IMG/VR virus record: IMGVR_UViG_3300042309_001835
Location: 1 to 64,000 of that record
Strand: one strand, 5' to 3'
DNA from: a virus
Length of the DNA stretch: 64,000 bases
Shown: positions 59,080 to 64,000 of the stretch, one piece after another
How the letters are laid out: each line of letters opens with the position of its first letter
Position numbering within the stretch: the first letter of the stretch is position 1
The notes under the pieces: model-generated
The model's database searches: none
The model's input: the letters and a program-made list of their open reading frames with translations, nothing else
Told to the model about the DNA's origin: nothing
Translations under genes and position numbers: made by a program

Positions 59080-59961
59080 ATGCAGATCACCAAGCCCATG
59101 CTCGCCGGAACCTATGACGCCTGTAAGGCGCGTTTCCCTTATATGGCGACTCCCAAGATTGACGGCATCCGTTTTGTCATGGTCGAGGGTGTTGCCCTGA
59201 GTCGTTCGTTTAAGCCGATCCGTAATGCTTACGTGCAAAGCACGCTAAGGAGCTGCTTGCCGGATGGCGTTGACGGCGAATTGACTTGCGGTGATACGTT
59301 CCAGTCGTCATCATCGGCAATCATGTCAACCGATGGCACGCCGGATTTCAATTGCTGGATTTTTGATTATGTCGACCCGTTTAGCGATATCGTAGCACCC
59401 TATCGAGATCGGATCACTGATCCAGCGCTAGTTGAACTGGAAACTGAGCAGTTCATTACCATCCTGAAGCCAGAACTGGTTGCCAACGAACAGGAGCTGC
59501 GAGCAGTAGAAGAACGTTACCTTGATGCGGGGTTTGAGGGCGTAATGGTGCGTGACCCGGATGGAGGGTACAAGTTTGGCCGCTCCACGGTCAAAGAGAA
59601 CACTTTACTGAAAGTGAAGCGTTTTGTTGATGACGAAGCAATCCTGGTCGGAGTGCTGGAAAAGCAGCACAACATGAACCAAGCCATGCAAGATGCGTTT
59701 GGGCGCACAAAGCGCTCTACCAGTCAAGACGGCAAAGTTGGTGCCAATACTGCTGGTACGTTGGTCGTGCGTAACGCAGATGGCGTTGAGTTTGGTATCG
59801 GCACAGGGCTCGATGAGGCCATGCGTGCTAAAATTTGGTCCAATCCTGGTGAATTCGTTGGCATGATGGTTAAGTACAAGTATTTTCCCGTTAGCGTCAA
59901 GGAGAAGCCGCGACACCCTGTTTTTCTGGGATTTCGCCATCGCGATGATATTTCGTCATGA
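59080..59961 (+). CDS. ATP-dependent DNA ligase
   Basis: KIDGIR motif I, DGEL, FEGVMVR, LLKVK, RHPVFLGFR. Confidence 0.93.
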   Translation: MQITKPMLAGTYDACKARFPYMATPKIDGIRFVMVEGVALSRSFKPIRNAYVQSTLRSCLPDGVDGELTCGDTFQSSSSAIMSTDGTPDFNCWIFDYVDPFSDIVAPYRDRITDPALVELETEQFITILKPELVANEQELRAVEERYLDAGFEGVMVRDPDGGYKFGRSTVKENTLLKVKRFVDDEAILVGVLEKQHNMNQAMQDAFGRTKRSTSQDGKVGANTAGTLVVRNADGVEFGIGTGLDEAMRAKIWSNPGEFVGMMVKYKYFPVSVKEKPRHPVFLGFRHRDDISS

Positions 59962-60300
59962 ATGCCTCGCTTCTGATCTTCTATTTGCTCTTGTTGTACA
60001 TTGCATTACTGCAAGCTTCTCAGTAATGCAAGTTACACCACTGATCCTGTTCTCTGTAGATGAACAAATGCCACCAAACGAATACCGACGCAACGCACGT
60101 TTTGATTCTTTGGCAGAGTATGACCACCTTGCTAAGTCAGACGACTTCATCGAAGTAACCGAATGGCACAACGGTGAAGGTTTTGATGTACACCTTAGTA
60201 CCAATGCTGGTGAACAACGTATGTCATTTAGCTGGGGTGAGTACCAAGCATTGAAAGCAACCCTTGGTGACTGGGCTGAAAACAATCTGGAGGATGAAAA

Positions 60301-60621
60301 ATGACTAATCAACACCCGATTACCCCACCACTCGAGCTGTTAAATAAGTGGAACAACCTGCCATTAAGCAATCAAGAGATCCTTGTGATTGTCGCCCAAT
60401 GGGGCGCCGACCAGGAGCTGGCGGCGTGCTGTGAGTGGCTGGAAAACCAGCCTCAGTGGATGGAAGATCTTCGTTCTGCCCGCCGCCCCAAGCTGCCGAG
60501 CTTGAAGGAACAGGCGCTGAAAACGTTGCAAAGGCTGTCCAAAGATGGATTCCCCTGCAACTATCAAGAATACTCTGATTGGGACACCATCCGCCGCGCA
60601 CTGGAGGCGCTACCTGAATGA
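60301..60621 (+). CDS. paralog family A member 1
   Basis: MTNQHPITPP...AQWGADQEL...RRPK.PSLKEQAL...IRRALEALPE. Confidence 0.75.
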   Translation: MTNQHPITPPLELLNKWNNLPLSNQEILVIVAQWGADQELAACCEWLENQPQWMEDLRSARRPKLPSLKEQALKTLQRLSKDGFPCNYQEYSDWDTIRRALEALPE

Positions 60622-60965
60622 CTGACAACCACCCGATTACCGTCCCCGCTGGATCCATCACCGGATGGAAACTGCTTTATTGTAATTATCAAGGGGATCT
60701 TTCTGAAACCGAATATATTGTCCTAAAATCCGCTCAATGGGGCGCCGACAAGGAGCTGGAGGCGTGCTGTGAATACATTGCCATGAAAGGCAAATGGTTT
60801 GCTGACTCACATTTTCGCTTGAAGGAACTTCGCGCCGCCCGCCGCCCTAAGCCATCGAGCTTGAGGGAGCAGGCGTTAGAAGCCATGCACCGCAACTGGA
60901 ACCCACGCAACAGCGACGACTTCGACATTATCCGCCGCGCACTGGAGACTCTGCCCAATGACTGA
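60618..60965 (+). CDS. paralog family A member 2
   Basis: Same four conserved blocks. Confidence 0.75.
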   Translation: MTDNHPITVPAGSITGWKLLYCNYQGDLSETEYIVLKSAQWGADKELEACCEYIAMKGKWFADSHFRLKELRAARRPKPSSLREQALEAMHRNWNPRNSDDFDIIRRALETLPND

Positions 60966-61308
60966 CCAACATCCCATCACCCCACCGCCGGAGCTGGTGC
61001 AGCAGTGGTGGGAGCAAGCCGATCAGTATCAAGACGATCCAAAGACTTACTTCGACTTTATAGTTACCGAAGTAGCCCAATGGGGTGCGGACCAAGAATT
61101 GAAAGCTGTTTGTCAGCTTTTGTTTTCAGACCCGTCAGTTACCTATACCCTTTCCGACATCCGCGCCGCCAGGCGCCCTAAACCGCCGACGCTGAAGGAG
61201 CAGGCTTTGGAGCAACTGGACGGAATCGCAACTGTATTTCGTATGACTCACGGTGGCAACATCGTGTGCGACAAAATCCTCGCTGCTTTGGAGGCGCTAC
61301 CCGAATGA
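60958..61308 (+). CDS. paralog family A member 3
   Basis: Same four conserved blocks. Confidence 0.75.
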   Translation: MTDQHPITPPPELVQQWWEQADQYQDDPKTYFDFIVTEVAQWGADQELKAVCQLLFSDPSVTYTLSDIRAARRPKPPTLKEQALEQLDGIATVFRMTHGGNIVCDKILAALEALPE

Positions 61309-61490
61309 AGCCAGCGCATAAACGGGCTCTCCGTTGCTTTCTTCTTGAGAAACTCCGCGAAGTGACGTGTCTACAGTTAAGCGAACTAGCCGAAACTCAT
61401 GACTGCCAGCCGTTTGATATGGCTGAACAATTTGAGATTGAGGTTGGACGTATTGAAAAACTCTTTTGTTACCCGCACTACGATGGCTGA
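61305..61490 (+). CDS. hypothetical protein
   Basis: ATGA-coupled, MKPAHKRALR... Confidence 0.55.
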   Translation: MKPAHKRALRCFLLEKLREVTCLQLSELAETHDCQPFDMAEQFEIEVGRIEKLFCYPHYDG

Positions 61491-61740
61491 ACCTATCTCC
61501 CCCGCCGCGCAGGCGGTGCTACGTGCCTACATGAACAACTGTGGTTGGCTAGACGGCCCTCTCAAAAAAGACTACCAATGTGCCGCCGCCGTCCTGCGAG
61601 CTGCTGCGAATCAGGTGGTGCCACCCAGCCTTGAAACAGAGTTTTACGATCGCAATCCAAGTTTGACGCTGCAAAAAGCGGTGGAGATCCGCCAGCGTCT
61701 GCTCGCCATCGCCGCCGAACTGGAGGGTAACAATGTGTAA
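61483..61740 (+). CDS. paralog family B member 1
   Basis: SPAAQAV...LRAAANQVVP...LLAIAAELEG. Confidence 0.7.
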   Translation: MAEPISPAAQAVLRAYMNNCGWLDGPLKKDYQCAAAVLRAAANQVVPPSLETEFYDRNPSLTLQKAVEIRQRLLAIAAELEGNNV

Positions 61741-62023
61741 TAAATCGCAGGGTTTTTACGGTTTGGACGGTATGCTTTCCCCCGCTACTCAAGCAATCAT
61801 GGTTGCCTGGGAAAGCGAATGGAGTAAGGGAAGTTTTTGCCATGAAGAACGCTCCGTGGCCGCTGCACTCCGCGCTGCGGCGGATCAGGTGGTGCCGGAA
61901 GAGGATTCCTACGAAGGGGGATTCTCAGATTCACTTGAGCACCAATGCCGAGCATCTGAACGCAGACTTGCTCGCGCCGAACTCCTTGCTCTCGCCGCCG
62001 AGCTGGAGGGTGGCAATGACTGA
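61733..62023 (+). CDS. paralog family B member 2
   Basis: SPATQAI...LRAAADQVVP...LLALAAELEG. Confidence 0.7.
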   Translation: MCNKSQGFYGLDGMLSPATQAIMVAWESEWSKGSFCHEERSVAAALRAAADQVVPEEDSYEGGFSDSLEHQCRASERRLARAELLALAAELEGGND

Positions 62024-62546
62024 CTTTCGTGCGCTGTGCGCTGAGCTGGCTGATTCCGTAGAGCTGTTGCTTGAAATGCGGAGCAATGATCGACCGATGC
62101 GGGTAACAGAGGATCGCCTTAACCGCGCCCGCGCCGCCCTGGAGGCCCAGCCCGAGCCGCAGGGGCCAACGGATGAGGAGCTAGAGGATTTCGCACTGCA
62201 AAATGGTGGTGGCTATTTCAACTGCGACTGCCAGGAAGAAGCTGACATTCTCACCCGGAAACACATGAGCAACTATCGCGCCGTACTCACCCGCTGGGGC
62301 CGCCCCGCCATCGAGCCGGTGCCGGTGAGTGAGGGGATGCCTGGCCCGGAGGATGTAAACGACGATGGCGAAGTATGGGTCGAAGAGCCCGCTTACGATT
62401 ATCCGTTGGGTGACACTGGCGATTACGACAGCGAGCCCGGCAGATGGGTGCTAAAGCCGCTCTCGTCCCTTGATAAGCGCTTCAAACGACGCTGGCTCCC
62501 CCACTCGGCGTTGCCGGTGCCTGGGGTGGAGGGTGCCGATGGCTGA
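62016..62546 (+). CDS. modular hypothetical protein (MTDFRALCAEL...)
   Basis: RARAALEAQPEPQGPTDEEL, RWGRPAIEPVPVSE, WLPHSALPVP blocks. Confidence 0.65.
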   Translation: MTDFRALCAELADSVELLLEMRSNDRPMRVTEDRLNRARAALEAQPEPQGPTDEELEDFALQNGGGYFNCDCQEEADILTRKHMSNYRAVLTRWGRPAIEPVPVSEGMPGPEDVNDDGEVWVEEPAYDYPLGDTGDYDSEPGRWVLKPLSSLDKRFKRRWLPHSALPVPGVEGADG

Positions 62547-62852
62547 CGCCCTGCTTGCCCTCGCCCTACTGCTCGCCCTCGGCGCAGCGATTGAGCTGTG
62601 CATCAAGGCGATCTTCGTGCGCCTGCTGCCGTTGCTGCTGAGGTTGCCTGGTAGTTAAACAACCGTACCATCATTTCAAAATGAAAGCAGAAGTCCTGTA
62701 TGACCCGCTCGCTAACACCTACTGCTGGAAGCTGTGGACAGGTCCAGACGGCATTGACGAATATCGTGGTATCGCAGCCTCTATTGGAGAAGCGTTTGAA
62801 GCGCTGATTAGAGCAGAAACCATTAACTCTCTTCATTACACAGCATAAAGCA

Positions 62853-63167
62853 ATGACCGAAACCAGACAACTCTCTGACCTGGCGATGGACTTTGACACC
62901 AAATACAAAGTTAACGAAAAGCCCGTCAAGCAACAGGAGGAAAAGTTAGCAGAATACCACTTAAAGTACTGCGGGCCACTCTGGCAGCGCATTGGCGGTA
63001 AGACAGGGCCATACGACCTGGGGCCAGGCGAGATCGCAAGTATTTTGAGACTGATCGCTGACGAGGCAGAGCATCGCGGCGAAATAGACTATGGCCGCGA
63101 TCCGGGGGAAACTGTTGACTGGCTGCGTTCTCAGGCTATGATTGCAGAGTCCGCCATAGGCCTTTAG
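62853..63167 (+). CDS. hypothetical protein
   Basis: 104-aa ORF. Confidence 0.55.
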   Translation: MTETRQLSDLAMDFDTKYKVNEKPVKQQEEKLAEYHLKYCGPLWQRIGGKTGPYDLGPGEIASILRLIADEAEHRGEIDYGRDPGETVDWLRSQAMIAESAIGL

Positions 63168-63172
63168 CCATC

Positions 63173-63571
63173 ATGAGACACAGCTTGACCTACGAGTCAC
63201 TCTTGGCTGACCAGGAGCGTGCCCGTAAAGCATTTGGTTATATGATACGCTCTTGGCGTATCAGGAACAAGTGGACGCAGTACACTGCTCACAAATGGGC
63301 AAAAGAGGCAGGTTTTGAAGCCATTTCATACGGCAATCTGTCTTGCATTGAACAAGGCAAGGCCGGTGAGTTACGCCAGAAGGCGTTCTTCCAATTGGAA
63401 GAATTGAACAGGCGCCTCAATGCCAAGGATTGGGGAAGCGTTAAAACACAAGAAATCAAACAAAAATTGGAGCACTCTCAGCCACTGATTGATGACGATG
63501 GCAAGCTTTGGGATGCTGTTGATTTTTGGGCTTGCTACGTTGGTTACAAAGCAACCCCGAAGGTTTGCTAA
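63173..63571 (+). CDS. XRE-like HTH protein
   Basis: FGYMIRSWR...WTQ...LSCIEQGK. Confidence 0.65.
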   Translation: MRHSLTYESLLADQERARKAFGYMIRSWRIRNKWTQYTAHKWAKEAGFEAISYGNLSCIEQGKAGELRQKAFFQLEELNRRLNAKDWGSVKTQEIKQKLEHSQPLIDDDGKLWDAVDFWACYVGYKATPKVC

Positions 63572-63623
63572 TGAATAACTGATTTCCGCTATTGTTTAAC
63601 CTAAGCATCGAAACTTCTTCAAA

Positions 63624-64000
63624 ATGAAAATCAAAAACGGATTCATCGACCCTGCTTATGCCACCGTTGTTGCCGGCGCAGTCTTGCTACTCGGTCTTGT
63701 CTTTGTAGGTGGACCAATGTATAATGTGTGGCAACAATCTCTTGCCGGTAAGGCAGAACTACAGAAGGCAGAATACACTCGCCAGGTAGCAGTTCTGGAA
63801 GCACAAGCAAAGAAAGATAGTGCTCAGCTAAATGCTGATTCTGAGGTGATTCGTGCGGGTGGCGTTGCCAAAGCAAACCAAATCATTGGTGATTCCCTGA
63901 AGGACAACCGCGAGTACCTCCAGTATCTGTACATCACTGGGCTGGAAGAAGGTTCCAGCAAAGGTAACGTAACCGTCTACGTTCCCACTGAGGGTGGAAT
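63624..64000 (+). CDS. 3'-truncated membrane-anchored coiled-coil protein
   Basis: MKIKNGFIDPAY-TM-GPMYNVWQQSLAGKAEL...; open to the window end. Confidence 0.7.
   Translation, partial: MKIKNGFIDPAYATVVAGAVLLLGLVFVGGPMYNVWQQSLAGKAELQKAEYTRQVAVLEAQAKKDSAQLNADSEVIRAGGVAKANQIIGDSLKDNREYLQYLYITGLEEGSSKGNVTVYVPTEGG

Noticed and set aside
60301-62546. Diversity-generating retroelement or invertase shufflon
   Set aside because: No reverse transcriptase or site-specific recombinase in the window, no adenine-specific TR/VR pair, all copies in direct orientation

Overview
A 64-kb segment of a tailed dsDNA phage, most likely a siphovirus of picocyanobacteria. The host is inferred from the class II RNR, ThyX, two sigma70-family factors and small-gene families typical of cyanophages. 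Bases 1-27.8 kb hold the virion and lysis genes: a frameshifted tail chaperone, tail tube, 1589-aa tape measure, tail tip, scaffold, major capsid protein, collagen and Gly-rich fibres, a glycosyltransferase-methyltransferase fusion, duplicated small virion proteins, holin and endolysin. Bases 28-48 kb hold replication, recombination and nucleotide metabolism (initiator and DnaB helicase beside an iteron origin, Sak3, SSB, RusA, RecE-like nuclease, ThyX, DnaG, glutaredoxin, NrdJ, Dcd), with terminase and portal embedded among them. Bases 48-64 kb hold small accessory genes, tRNAs, DNA ligase and tandem paralog arrays. The most notable unexplained signals are non-coding: (1) a ~650-nt promoter-driven array of tRNA-mimic and other structured RNAs around a single canonical tRNA; (2) a G-NGA-Y capped hairpin seen upstream of the three procapsid genes, which lie 30 kb apart; (3) a GGHANNMTA motif in front of about 19 late genes; (4) structured leaders on the tail tube, duplicated virion genes and rlpA. 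A block-conserved paralog array at 60-62.5 kb is also striking. No DNA polymerase, integrase, CRISPR array or photosynthesis gene was recognised. All calls are by eye; no database search or folding software was run.
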